Below, piece after piece: positions 25,680-36,086 of a stretch of DNA of 44,502 nt. Source of the stretch: Lachnospiraceae bacterium. Lineage in GTDB: Bacteria; Bacillota; Clostridia; Lachnospirales; Lachnospiraceae. A program made the translations under genes and the position numbers. Every line of letters begins with the position of its first letter. Position 1 is the first letter of the stretch. The notes below the pieces were generated by a model. The model had not been told where the DNA came from. It saw nothing but the letters and a program-made list of their open reading frames with translations, and searched no databases. The stretch lies in NCBI GenBank assembly GCA_014804185.1, contig JAAVAG010000156.1, forward strand, positions 1 to 44,502, given 5' to 3'.

Positions 25680-28643
25680 CTATCTGTTCGCATTCTCCGC
25701 CCGGCTGTCCAGCACCTGACGGATAGTAGTCTTCAGGTTGTCGATCTGAACCGGCTTAGCGATGTGGGCGTCCATGCCGGACTCGATAGCTTCCCTCACA
25801 TCATCCACAAATGCGTTGGCGGTCATGGCTATGATGGGCACCGACCTGGCGGAAGGGTGGCTGCTGCTGCGGATAGTTCTGGTAGCGGTGTAGCCATCCA
25901 TCACAGGCATCTGCACATCCATCAGAATCAGGTCGTACTCATCCGGCTGGGATGCCTGAAATTTCTCCACCGCCTCCTGGCCATTGTCGGCGGTGTCACA
26001 GACAGCGCCCAGAGTACCCAGAAGTTTGACCAGGATAAAACGATTGACCTTAAGATCATCCACCACCAGAACATGCTTCCCTTGTACAATATCGGATTGG
26101 GGGAGTTCACTTTTGTTCTGGCTTCCCATGATTCGCTTGACTGCTTCTTTGAAATTACTCAAGAAGAAAGGCTTTGGCATGAAGTGGTCTACCCCGATTT
26201 CCATGGCCTCCTGCTCGATGTCGCTCCAGTCATAAGCGGTAAGAAGAAGGATAGGGATCTTATCCGGGTAGTTCTGCCGGATAAGACGGGCGGTTTCCAG
26301 ACCGTCCAGAGTGGGCATCTTCCAGTCCAGCAGGATCAGGTCGTAGGGATGGCCTGACTCCCGATGTTCCCGCATCATCTGGACGGCAGTGTGACCATTC
26401 GTGGCGTAGTCTGTGATTACGCCTACTTTGGACATGGTCTTGACAATACTGCAGCATGTCTCCTCATCGTCATCCGCCACGATCATCTTGGCCAGCTGAT
26501 GGTCCGCCCAGAACTTCTGGTCGGCTTCCCGCTCCTGGATACAAAATTCCAACTCCACAATGAAAGTGCTCCCCTCGCCCTGTTTACTCTTCACTTCAAT
26601 GGTACCGCCCATCAATTCAACCAGATTCTTGGTGATGGGCATCCCCAGACCGGTGCCCTGGATTTCATGAACAGCCGCATTGTCCTCATCCCGGGTGAAG
26701 GGATCGAAAAGCACCTTCTGGTACGCCTCGCTCATGCCCATGCCGTTGTCGCTGACGGTAAAGCGGACACGGCTGTAATTATTGACCACCTGTGGCAGTT
26801 CCTCTACACGCAGTTCAATGGTTCCATTCTCCGGGGTATACTTCACGGCGTTGGACAGCAGATTAATCAGGATCTGATTGAGCCGCAGCTTGTCGCCAAG
26901 CAGATGTTCGAAAGCCATGTGGGTGACAACAATTTCAAAGGTCTGGCTCTTCGCCTTGGTCTGAGGACGGATGATGACATTGATTTCGTCGATGACATCG
27001 GCCAGATCCATCTCAGAAATACTCAGCGTGGCGCTGCCGCTCTCGATTTTGTTCATATCCAACACATCATTGATAAGCCCCAGCAGGTGCTGGCTGGCAG
27101 CATCGATTCGTTTGTTGTAATTCATAACTACGTCCGGATTATCTACCTCATCCCGCATGAGAGCCAGAAAACCGATGATTGCGTTCATGGGGGTGCGGAT
27201 GTCATGGCTGATACTGCTAAGAAAAGAGGTTTTTGCATTATTAGCGGCTTTGGCCATATGCAGAGCCTCGGTCAGGGAGTTCTGCGTCTTGCGTTCCATG
27301 GTGCGGTCAGAGATGTAGACCAGCCGTTTCCTCTGGCCCTGGATATCAACGCAGTCGACATTTTCCTTAAAGTATCTGCGTTCTCCGGTTCTGGGATCGA
27401 TCCGCTCGGGGGTACGGGATACCGATTCTCCGCCGGGGACCAGAGCCTTGAACATGGCGTCGTACTTCATGGCGGAATCAAAGTCCGCCTCTTGATCGGC
27501 GGCCTTGAGATAGCTGATGACATCTTCCGGCTTTACCCCCAGCACCCGCTCCGCATTACCGCTTATATACTCGGGTTCCTCATTTTCCTGATTTAACAGC
27601 ATGTAGACGTCGTCTGTATTGCGGCTGATGTAATCGGTCAAAGTATCGAACAGCCTGGCCTGATATTCTATTTTCTTATCCTTGATCTTAATGTCTTTAT
27701 CAATGTGTCGAAATAATAAAATAAACACGCCGCCTATAATCAGCATCAGAGCAACGATCCCCAGCGTCATTTGTGCATCCCGCAGGATCTCATCCGCCTC
27801 ATTCTGCACGGCGTCCTCCGGCACAATAGAGAGCAGATACCAACCGTCCGCGCTTGTCAGCGGAGTGAAAGTATAGACATAGCTGCCGTTATCTCCGGTA
27901 AAGATAAAACTGCCTGTTTCCCGAGCATCGATTGCCGCTGTCAGGGAAGCGATGTCCTCCTGCGAACTGTGAGTATCGGCAAGAGCATCGAACACATTAT
28001 TATAACTCCGGTCAGAGGTAGACGGAACAGAACGCAGCAGAATGTCCCCTTCCTGATTCAAAATGTAGCCGTAGCCCTGACCGCCGTAAAAGGAAAGGTT
28101 GAAAGCCTCCGTGACCTTGTTGCGGTCATATCTTTTAAGGATCACCCCATGATGTCCGTCGGCAAAGGTAAATGTCTCATAATAGCTGAACTTCGGCTCA
28201 CTGCCGAAGATTCCAATAAATTTGTCGCGCACACCACTGCCATTGAGGCTGCGGTATGCTTCCATGGATTCCTCGTCCAGTTGAATGATATCGCTGCTCG
28301 TGTTGCTGCAGGACAAGCCCTCTTCAAGGCATACCACTATGTACTCTGCACTTACGGTCTGAAACATTGTCAACCGATCCAGAGCATCCTGCGGTCCGGC
28401 GGTGGGATTTTGCGAAAAATATACCGCATAACTGCGCAGCTGTTCCCGGTCATTGGAGATGAGGTCATCAAAAGACTGCTCCTGCTGCAGGGTCATGTCC
28501 ATAACATGCTGGAGCATGTTGGTTTCCAATTTATCCTTCAGCTTCTCAAAATAGCAAACTCCGCTGAATATGATGATCGCTGTGCAGACCACAATCAAAA
28601 TGATTAACAGTGATCGTTGGTGTTTTTTTATTTTCTGAGTCAT
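25680..28643 (-). CDS. Hybrid sensor histidine kinase with two receiver domains
   Basis: Two TMs around a Cache-like region; SHDIRTPMN; NAVKYT; GTGLG; receivers LLDWKMP and LMDVQMP. Confidence 0.93.
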   Translation of the reverse strand: MTQKIKKHQRSLLIILIVVCTAIIIFSGVCYFEKLKDKLETNMLQHVMDMTLQQEQSFDDLISNDREQLRSYAVYFSQNPTAGPQDALDRLTMFQTVSAEYIVVCLEEGLSCSNTSSDIIQLDEESMEAYRSLNGSGVRDKFIGIFGSEPKFSYYETFTFADGHHGVILKRYDRNKVTEAFNLSFYGGQGYGYILNQEGDILLRSVPSTSDRSYNNVFDALADTHSSQEDIASLTAAIDARETGSFIFTGDNGSYVYTFTPLTSADGWYLLSIVPEDAVQNEADEILRDAQMTLGIVALMLIIGGVFILLFRHIDKDIKIKDKKIEYQARLFDTLTDYISRNTDDVYMLLNQENEEPEYISGNAERVLGVKPEDVISYLKAADQEADFDSAMKYDAMFKALVPGGESVSRTPERIDPRTGERRYFKENVDCVDIQGQRKRLVYISDRTMERKTQNSLTEALHMAKAANNAKTSFLSSISHDIRTPMNAIIGFLALMRDEVDNPDVVMNYNKRIDAASQHLLGLINDVLDMNKIESGSATLSISEMDLADVIDEINVIIRPQTKAKSQTFEIVVTHMAFEHLLGDKLRLNQILINLLSNAVKYTPENGTIELRVEELPQVVNNYSRVRFTVSDNGMGMSEAYQKVLFDPFTRDEDNAAVHEIQGTGLGMPITKNLVELMGGTIEVKSKQGEGSTFIVELEFCIQEREADQKFWADHQLAKMIVADDDEETCCSIVKTMSKVGVITDYATNGHTAVQMMREHRESGHPYDLILLDWKMPTLDGLETARLIRQNYPDKIPILLLTAYDWSDIEQEAMEIGVDHFMPKPFFLSNFKEAVKRIMGSQNKSELPQSDIVQGKHVLVVDDLKVNRFILVKLLGTLGAVCDTADNGQEAVEKFQASQPDEYDLILMDVQMPVMDGYTATRTIRSSSHPSARSVPIIAMTANAFVDDVREAIESGMDAHIAKPVQIDNLKTTIRQVLDSRAENANR

Positions 28644-28848
28644 TTTCCATCACTCCATTTTCAATAACTGGTAATAACCAAATTATACCGTTATTTCATT
28701 CACAACGCAATATCGGCTGTATACAAATTAGCTTGGAAAAGTAACAAACGATCAAACCAAATAGCAATGTAAAGAAATAGTTTAGATTGCATTGCCTTGT
28801 ACTCCGAACTTGTCATGCTCCGCGCCCAAATTTCTGAAAGCAAAGACT

Positions 28849-28878
28849 AAAGCGACGGCCCAACTTCAGGCCGCCGCT
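28849..28878 (-). terminator. Probable terminator after the antiporter
   Basis: AGCGGCGGCC-loop-GGCCGTCGCT-TT on the minus strand. Confidence 0.55.
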
Positions 28879-28884
28879 GTAATC

Positions 28885-30105
28885 TTATGATACCGCTTCT
28901 CTGTCTTCCAAATTCCCCTTACCCGGATCACCGACATCCGAATCTTTGGCATAGAGTACTTTTAAAATGATAGGTGTGCATATGCTCGACACAATGATGA
29001 GCAGAATTACCGAAGTAAAGTACATGGAAGTCAGCAATCCTACGGACAGGCCTTTCTGTGCCACGATCAGAGCCACTTCTCCTCTTGTCATCATACCCAC
29101 GCCGATCTTCAGCGTGTCATGTCCTCTGAATCCACATGCCCTTGCCATCAGTCCGCATCCGATCACCTTGGAGATCAGACCCACAAGTACAAAGCATGCG
29201 GAAAAAATAAGCAGGTCTGCCGTCGTATTTTCCAGATTTGTCTTTAATCCGATACTGGCAAAAAAGACCGGTCCAAACAACATGTAAGAATTAATATCCA
29301 TCTTCTCCGCTATATAATTGGAGTCCCGCACGGAACAGAGGATAATACCGGCCACATAAGCTCCTGTTATGTCCGCTATGCCAAAGTATTTCTCCGCTAT
29401 ATACGCAAAAGAGAGGCAAAGCGCCAGCCCGATAATGGGAATGCGCCTTGTATGCGGATACCTGTTATCAATCTTTTTGAAAATCTTATAAATGACAAAC
29501 CCTGCTACAATCGCAAACGCAAAAAACAAAACCGTATTAAGTACTACCCTGCCCGGATTGCTGTCCGGATTTTTAAATCCGATCACAAATGTCAGAACAA
29601 TAATGCCGATGACATCATCGATAATGGCGGCACTTAAGATTGTGGTACCTACCTTTCCTTTCAGCTTTCCCATTTCTTTCAGTGTCTCCACCGTAATACT
29701 CACGGAAGTTGCCGTCAGGATCACTCCCACAAACACAGCCTTGTAAAATTCCTCCGAACCCCATGGCGCAAAACCGTAAAACACCATATATAAAAGGCTT
29801 CCGCACATCAGGGGTATAAATACGCCTGCACAGGCGATCAGACAGGCAATGGGGCCGGTCTTCATCAGTTCTTTCAGATTTGTGCCAAGTCCCGCAGAAA
29901 ACATCAGGAGTAAAACACCGATCTCCGCCATCTGTATCAGGAAATCCGTCTGCTGCACGAGCCCCAGGACGCTTGGTCCGATCAGCAGGCCCGCCACAAT
30001 CTCCCCTACCACCTGAGGCGCTTTCAGCTTCCTGGCCAGGATCCCAAAAAACTTTGCAAATACGATAATGATCGCAAGATCCTTAAACACATCATATGCT
30101 TCCAT
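28885..30105 (-). CDS. CPA2-family cation:proton antiporter (NapA/KefB-like)
   Basis: GEIVAGLLIGP, TATSVSIT, AAIIDD, RGEVAL; start placed at MEAY behind RBS AAGGAA. Confidence 0.9.
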   Translation of the reverse strand: MEAYDVFKDLAIIIVFAKFFGILARKLKAPQVVGEIVAGLLIGPSVLGLVQQTDFLIQMAEIGVLLLMFSAGLGTNLKELMKTGPIACLIACAGVFIPLMCGSLLYMVFYGFAPWGSEEFYKAVFVGVILTATSVSITVETLKEMGKLKGKVGTTILSAAIIDDVIGIIVLTFVIGFKNPDSNPGRVVLNTVLFFAFAIVAGFVIYKIFKKIDNRYPHTRRIPIIGLALCLSFAYIAEKYFGIADITGAYVAGIILCSVRDSNYIAEKMDINSYMLFGPVFFASIGLKTNLENTTADLLIFSACFVLVGLISKVIGCGLMARACGFRGHDTLKIGVGMMTRGEVALIVAQKGLSVGLLTSMYFTSVILLIIVSSICTPIILKVLYAKDSDVGDPGKGNLEDREAVS

Positions 30106-30251
30106 AATGAACAGTTCCTTCTTTCTCAAATATACTACAATATATTTCAGGGGCAGAATATTGTGTCCCTGGTATCTGTGCCGCCCTAAAGACACGAATT
30201 TTATTATAGCATTATTCAATCCCGGCAAAAAGGAACATATTTCACAGAAAT

Positions 30252-31202
30252 TTATGATTCTGTATCATCTTCTTTAGATAAAATGATACTCACAATACCG
30301 CACAGGATGCCTCCTATGGGAAACACCACCCAGCTCCATGCCATGATACTGTGCCTCCAGTTAATCACTTTCCACCAGGAATCCATCTTTATATTGACTC
30401 CCGCTATTTCCACACCGATGGAAATGATGAACAGAATTGTGGCGGACAGCATGATCACTGCGCACCACTTGCCGATTTTTTTACTGGTTGCGCTTTTTTC
30501 TCTTTTATTTTCCCTGTTATATGCCTTAATGTCATATTTGGAGTTTTGTATTCCCGCGTATACCAGCGTTCCTACCGCCACCGCAACCATCGCCATGAAA
30601 ATACCGTCATACAGGTCTTCTGTAAAACCTGCTGGGAGCGCCACTTCTTCCAGTCCTGTGTTAATCACAACGGCAATGATGATAAAGGTCACGCCGCCGC
30701 CCACCAGAAAAGGAAACTTGTGATGAAATCTTTCTATTTCCGACTCACTGTAAAACTGTTTCATACGGGGATATTTCTCACAGAAAATGCTGTGCTCAAT
30801 ACCTCCTGTGACAATCAGAAATATTGCCACCGCCGCAAAAATCAGCACCATCATGTCCGCGATTCCCTCCTGCACCCCGATGCCAGCCACCAGTCCCTGG
30901 GCGGCTATGCCAAAGATCAGAAGTCCGATTCCAATCGCCATGATAATGCTGAAATGATTCATATGGGAGTCGTACCTTGCCGTATCCTCCACGGACACCT
31001 CTTCCATGCTGCCCCGCAGCAGTGTATCCATACTGCAGTGAAACATGTCGCAGATCTGAATGATCTTATCCGTCTCCGGAAAGCTGCCGTCCGACTCCCA
31101 TTTGGAAACAGACTGTCTCGATACATTCAGCACCTCCGCCAGCTGTTCCTGTGTCATATTCTGCTGTTTTCTCAAAAACTGTAGATTTTCGCCTAAACTC
31201 AT
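30252..31202 (-). CDS. XRE-family HTH regulator with C-terminal membrane domain
   Basis: TQEQLAEVLNVSRQSVSKWESD followed by about six TM segments. Confidence 0.88.
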   Translation of the reverse strand: MSLGENLQFLRKQQNMTQEQLAEVLNVSRQSVSKWESDGSFPETDKIIQICDMFHCSMDTLLRGSMEEVSVEDTARYDSHMNHFSIIMAIGIGLLIFGIAAQGLVAGIGVQEGIADMMVLIFAAVAIFLIVTGGIEHSIFCEKYPRMKQFYSESEIERFHHKFPFLVGGGVTFIIIAVVINTGLEEVALPAGFTEDLYDGIFMAMVAVAVGTLVYAGIQNSKYDIKAYNRENKREKSATSKKIGKWCAVIMLSATILFIISIGVEIAGVNIKMDSWWKVINWRHSIMAWSWVVFPIGGILCGIVSIILSKEDDTES

Positions 31203-31329
31203 AACCTTTCCTTTCCTCAGCCGCCAGGGCAGCCTCCATTTGATGGTCTGAGTTTATCAATTTATGCATGCAACTGCAATCAATTTGCTGTTGCTTTTGA
31301 AAAAATACGTGTAAAGTTCCGGTTGCAGG

Positions 31330-32208
31330 TCACTCGGCCATGGAAATCAGGTACTCCCCTACCTTGCGCAGGTGAATCCAGAGGGAATCCCTCAGGTACT
31401 GCGGAACATGTTGTCCCATCCTGATTACTTCAAAACTGAAATCGCCTTGGTAGCCGATCTCCTTTAATGCGGGCATGATCGCTTCCCAATTGACGTTGCC
31501 CAGATAGGGAAGTCTGTGCTCGTCATACTCGCCCCGATTGTCATGCACATGAGTCACTTTCAGACGGTTTCCTATATATTTCAGACAGGGAACCTGATCC
31601 TTGTATACCAGATTCGCATGTCCGAAATCCCAACAGATGCCCACATTGTTATATTTTTCCGCCAGCGTATCCACCAGATCACACAACTGCTCTGCCTCGG
31701 CGCAGTAACTGCGTTTATAACCCTGTCCCGGAAAATCCGCCATATTTTCGATACAAATTCCTACCCCATACTTTTCCGCATATTCCAGATGCCTGGAAAA
31801 ATATTCCACATTTTTTCTTTTGGATGTCTCCTGCATACTGGCGGCAAAATCTGTTGCCGGATGAGATACCGTCCATTTCGCTCCCATGATCTGAGCGCAG
31901 ACAATAGACCTTCTGGCAATTTCCTCCGTGTCTTCTATCACGCCCGTAACGGGATGACAGAAATTATAATACGGCATATGCGCCTGCACAAATGTGATTC
32001 CCAGACTGTCCGCCTCCCGGCGCATCTCCTGAGCCCAATATTCCCACCTGTCCGTGCGCAGCGGTGAATTCGGAGCCGCCGCGGAACAGAAAATAGCATC
32101 CAGATTTTTATAGCCAAGAGCGGCATAATGCCGAAGATCCTCTCGGTAAGCGTTATAACTTCCATCATCTTCATAGATAAAAAAATTTACTGTTGTCGAT
32201 AATCTCAT
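31330..32208 (-). CDS. Sugar phosphate isomerase/epimerase (xylose isomerase-like TIM barrel)
   Basis: Metal ligands in IENM, WDFGH, HVHDN, SFEV. Confidence 0.88.
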   Translation of the reverse strand: MRLSTTVNFFIYEDDGSYNAYREDLRHYAALGYKNLDAIFCSAAAPNSPLRTDRWEYWAQEMRREADSLGITFVQAHMPYYNFCHPVTGVIEDTEEIARRSIVCAQIMGAKWTVSHPATDFAASMQETSKRKNVEYFSRHLEYAEKYGVGICIENMADFPGQGYKRSYCAEAEQLCDLVDTLAEKYNNVGICWDFGHANLVYKDQVPCLKYIGNRLKVTHVHDNRGEYDEHRLPYLGNVNWEAIMPALKEIGYQGDFSFEVIRMGQHVPQYLRDSLWIHLRKVGEYLISMAE

Positions 32209-32223
32209 CCTGATCTCCTCCCG

Positions 32224-33372
32224 TCACACATAAATCCGGACAGACTCTGTCTCCCGCTCAAACTGCGCACTCTGGGCATCCCATTCTTCCAGCAGCTGCT
32301 TCAGAGAAATCCGTCCAAATAAATAATCGTCCGTCCGCCTGCTGCCTGTGACATAATGCAGATGCTTTCCGCCCTCTCCTCCGTCAACCAGTGTAAACTG
32401 CTCCGGGTAAAGTCTTGCCACCTGGCGCATCATCTGCAGCACTACCGGAATAAAATCCAGCATCTTATCAAGCGGCGCAAACTCCAGGCCAAAACAAACC
32501 TGGCCTACATATTTTCTTTCCACAGGCATAAAAGCGCGCTGCCGGAAAATCACTTTCTCTTCCCTGACCTCTGTTTTCATTTCCTTATAAAGCTGATCCA
32601 TATTGATATACGGAGCGCCGTACATCTGGAACGGTTTCGAACTGCCTCTTCCGTCGCTGATGGAGGTAGCCCCTGCAAAACAGCCGCCGGAATAGCAGAT
32701 TGTACTGTCAAAATCTACCAGAGCCGGGGACGGAATATTCCAGAGCAGCCCTGTATCACTAAAATAGGTATCTCTCGTATAATTTTTCAAAGGAATCACC
32801 TGATAATCCATTTTCAGACCTTTGTACTGCAGAAAATAATTTCCCACTTCCCCGCAGGTCAGACCATAGCGCACCGGCAGTTCGTAGTCTCCGATAAAGG
32901 AATTAAATTCCGGCAGAATCGTTCCTCCGGATACGATTCTGTTTCCCAGAGGATTGGGGCGATCCAGCACCACAAACGGGATATTACATTCTGCTGCCGC
33001 CTCCATGCAGTAAGTCATGGTGTAGATATATGTGTAATATCGAAGTCCTACATCCTGAATATCATATACCATGATATCGATACCATCCATCTCACTGTCC
33101 AAGGGTCTCACGTGATCCCCGAACAGCGAGACAATTGGAATTCTATATCCCGGATATACATCGTTGTCCACCGGCTTACCGGCGCCTTCTCCGAACATAC
33201 CGTGCTCCGGAGTAAACAGTCTGACAATCTGCAGACCTTTCTCCATAAACAGATCCACATTCATTTTCCACTCTGAATTGACTCCGGAGTAGTTTGTGAT
33301 CAGGCCGATGCGTTTTCCTCTGAAAACGGATTCAAATTCATCCAAGCGATCCAGTCCCAGTATTGTTTTCAT
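32224..33372 (-). CDS. namZ: Exo-beta-N-acetylmuramidase NamZ family (DUF1343), no signal peptide
   Basis: PEHG, YDIQDVGLRYYTY, LDRPNPLG; murQ in the same locus. Confidence 0.88.
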   Translation of the reverse strand: MKTILGLDRLDEFESVFRGKRIGLITNYSGVNSEWKMNVDLFMEKGLQIVRLFTPEHGMFGEGAGKPVDNDVYPGYRIPIVSLFGDHVRPLDSEMDGIDIMVYDIQDVGLRYYTYIYTMTYCMEAAAECNIPFVVLDRPNPLGNRIVSGGTILPEFNSFIGDYELPVRYGLTCGEVGNYFLQYKGLKMDYQVIPLKNYTRDTYFSDTGLLWNIPSPALVDFDSTICYSGGCFAGATSISDGRGSSKPFQMYGAPYINMDQLYKEMKTEVREEKVIFRQRAFMPVERKYVGQVCFGLEFAPLDKMLDFIPVVLQMMRQVARLYPEQFTLVDGGEGGKHLHYVTGSRRTDDYLFGRISLKQLLEEWDAQSAQFERETESVRIYV

Positions 33373-33446
33373 CTTTACCCTGTCCCTTTCCTATTGATAT
33401 GGGGCGGATAAACCACCCGCCCCACTCTTCATTCCTTATGCAAATA

Positions 33447-35057
33447 TTATTTTGTCATTTCCTTATAAGCTGCCTTTGTATCTTCGATCATCTGTGCCAG
33501 ACCCTGATTTTTTAAAGCCTCATAACCGTCATTATATTCCTGTTTGGAGATCTCTCCTGTGATGTATCTGTCTCTCAGGGATACCTGCTGTTCACGCAGG
33601 TCAAAGCATTCCACATAACTCTCTGTCTGCAGGAAAGCAGGCTCGGTGTAGAAATATGGCTCATTGATGGTCAGACCATCCATAAAGGTTTTTCCCGTAT
33701 CTTCCAGTTCGTCATAGCTTAAACCGCCTGTCAGAATCTGCATGTACACGTCATCCGTAAAGCAGAACGGTATTGTGGAGGGAATCAGTCCCATTTCTCT
33801 GGCGGTTTTGAATCCTTCATTGTAGGGAGCCTTCAGGACAGGTTTTCCGTCCACTACTTCATGATATTCACCTTCCATACCATAGTTGGTCAGTTCGATT
33901 CCCTCATCACTGTAAACATAGTTGAAGAATTTCAGGATATCGTCCAAATGGCCGTTTTCCACTGCCGCAACCGTAATATAAGTGCTGGCCGACACTTTCG
34001 ATCTGGACGGTATGGCCTGTGCGCCGTTCGGTCCCTGGATAGGCACTACGCTCTGGAAAAATGCATTTTCGTCAAGTTCACGGCAGGATACGGAATAGTT
34101 CTTGCTGTACTCCGCATATCCCACCAGGCTGCCAAGCCTGTTGCTTGCGCCCAGCGTATTGAAGTCTGTTCCTGTCAGCGTAATCATTTCCTGAGACAGC
34201 AGTCCTTCTTCATACATCTGTCTCATAGCATCCAGATAAGTCTCATAATTCGGATTTTCCGGGTCATAAATATACTCGCCGTTTACAACGGAGAACTCGC
34301 CGTTGCTGTTCATTCCGAAAATACCCATTACAAGTTTCATGAAGTTATAGTCAAATCCGAAAGGAATCTCATCGTTGGGATCTCCGTTTCCGTTTGCATC
34401 CTGCTCTTTGAATGCTCTCCACACTGCCATCCACTCATCCCAGGTTTCCGGCATATCCATATTGACTCTCTCCAGCCAGTCTGTCCGGATCATTGCGCTG
34501 AAAGAACCGGGTACGTCCATAACCAGACCGAAACCGTAGATTTCTCCGTCGTCCTGATAGGTCAGGAAGAGCCTGTCTTCTTCTGTAAGCAGACGCCCAT
34601 AGTTGGAAAGATCCGTATCCAGATAATCCGTAATCGGTACGATCAGTCCTCTGCTGATCAGATCATTGATAGCCGTAGGGCCTGCGGTTCCTCCGCTGAT
34701 CACGTCCGGCAGATCCTTGGATGAAACTTTGGATGCCAGAAGTGTATCCATTCCATCCGAAGCCGCCCATTCGAAATTCACGGTGATGCCGGTGCGCGCC
34801 ATCAGTTCGTCAAAAATCGGAGTACTCTCCTGATAGGGACTCCAGATAGAACCGAAATAGCTGAACTCATGAGTACCCGTATCCTCTCCCGGATTGTCAT
34901 TCCCCGGCTGATTCTGTCCTGTCTGATTGTTTTCAGATCCGCTTCCTGAAGGGTTGTTGCCCTTTGCGTCGTCATTGTCCCCGCAGCCCGCCATTGAGAA
35001 CGCCATTATTGCCGCCAATGCCGCTGCAACGATTTTTGTGTACGCTTTCTTTTTCAT
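33447..35057 (-). CDS. Carbohydrate ABC transporter substrate-binding lipoprotein
   Basis: Lipobox MAGC; low-complexity linker; IRTDWL, PETWDE, DANGNGDPNDEIP. Confidence 0.9.
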   Translation of the reverse strand: MKKKAYTKIVAAALAAIMAFSMAGCGDNDDAKGNNPSGSGSENNQTGQNQPGNDNPGEDTGTHEFSYFGSIWSPYQESTPIFDELMARTGITVNFEWAASDGMDTLLASKVSSKDLPDVISGGTAGPTAINDLISRGLIVPITDYLDTDLSNYGRLLTEEDRLFLTYQDDGEIYGFGLVMDVPGSFSAMIRTDWLERVNMDMPETWDEWMAVWRAFKEQDANGNGDPNDEIPFGFDYNFMKLVMGIFGMNSNGEFSVVNGEYIYDPENPNYETYLDAMRQMYEEGLLSQEMITLTGTDFNTLGASNRLGSLVGYAEYSKNYSVSCRELDENAFFQSVVPIQGPNGAQAIPSRSKVSASTYITVAAVENGHLDDILKFFNYVYSDEGIELTNYGMEGEYHEVVDGKPVLKAPYNEGFKTAREMGLIPSTIPFCFTDDVYMQILTGGLSYDELEDTGKTFMDGLTINEPYFYTEPAFLQTESYVECFDLREQQVSLRDRYITGEISKQEYNDGYEALKNQGLAQMIEDTKAAYKEMTK

Positions 35058-35149
35058 TTTTTTTCCTCCTTTTGGTTAATATGTTATCGAGGTTTCCATG
35101 CCCCTGCAGAAGGCTTTCTGTTCCTCTGTATATTGTCTGTCTGCAAAAC

Positions 35150-36037
35150 CTAGCCCTTTACCGCTCCTAAAGTGACACCTTTTACAAAATATTTCTGTAC
35201 AAAGGGGTAAATAGCCACCATGGGAATCATGGATACGACCAGTACTGCATACCGGATCTGATCCGCCAGATTTATACTGGGCTGCCCGGGTCTCACCGTT
35301 CCCAGATCATATTGTATGGCATTTGCCTCCAGAACAATCTCTCTTAACACCTGCTGCAGAGTATATTTACTTGAATCTGTCAGATACAGCAGGGGGCCAA
35401 AATATGCATTCCAGTGCGCTGCGATCACCCACAGGGCTATCGTGGCAAAAGAAGCCTTGGCCAATGGCGCTACCACCTGAAACATAACCCTTAATTCACT
35501 TGCGCCGTCCATCCTTGCCGACTCCAGCAGATCTTTTGGAATCCCTTTTAAAAAACTGGACAGAATCAACACATGATAAGAAGAAATAAGAGCGGTCAGG
35601 ATCAGGGACCAGTAACTGTTTATCAATCCCAGCTTCTGCACGCAGATATACGCCGGGATCATACCTCCCTGAAACCACATGGGAATCAAAACAAAAATGT
35701 TATAAATCTTTTTTCCGGGAAATTCACAGCATGCAATCGGGTATGCGGCAAAGTAAGTGGCAATAACGCTGAGCACACATCCTGCAAGCGATATAAAGAT
35801 GGAATTCCCAAGCGCTCTCAGAACGCCGTTATTCACGATAACCTCTTTGTAAGCTTTCAGCGTAAATCCCTTTGGCAGAAGTCTTACCTCGTTGCGCAGC
35901 ACCGGTCCGTCTTCACTGAGGGAAATCGCCACAATATTTAAAATCGGATATAAAATACAGATACATATGATAACGCCGATCAGGATCAATATGGCTTCTA
36001 CAATATAGTCCATGCGGCTCATTTTTTTATGCAGCAT
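35150..36037 (-). CDS. Carbohydrate ABC permease (MalG/LplC type)
   Basis: ESARMDGAS EAA loop; QKYFVKGVTLGAVKG. Confidence 0.92.
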   Translation of the reverse strand: MLHKKMSRMDYIVEAILILIGVIICICILYPILNIVAISLSEDGPVLRNEVRLLPKGFTLKAYKEVIVNNGVLRALGNSIFISLAGCVLSVIATYFAAYPIACCEFPGKKIYNIFVLIPMWFQGGMIPAYICVQKLGLINSYWSLILTALISSYHVLILSSFLKGIPKDLLESARMDGASELRVMFQVVAPLAKASFATIALWVIAAHWNAYFGPLLYLTDSSKYTLQQVLREIVLEANAIQYDLGTVRPGQPSINLADQIRYAVLVVSMIPMVAIYPFVQKYFVKGVTLGAVKG

Positions 36038-36086
36038 ATGAAACCTCCCTGTGAAGTTTTAACAGTTATCATACCGACGCCACCTC

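Noticed and set aside
26364-28607. 410-aa and 278-aa plus-strand ORFs
   Set aside because: Antisense to the hybrid kinase; explained by codon bias.
30106-30228. Leader hairpin upstream of the antiporter as a Na+/Li+/fluoride/c-di-AMP riboswitch, and the 41-aa N-terminal ORF extension
   Set aside because: I could not match any riboswitch consensus by eye (an Rfam cmscan would decide). The extension spans a promoter-like TGcTATAAT, so the start was moved to 30105.
34880-34985. Asn/Gly/Pro/Gln low-complexity stretch
   Set aside because: Ordinary flexible linker after the lipoprotein cysteine of the SBP.
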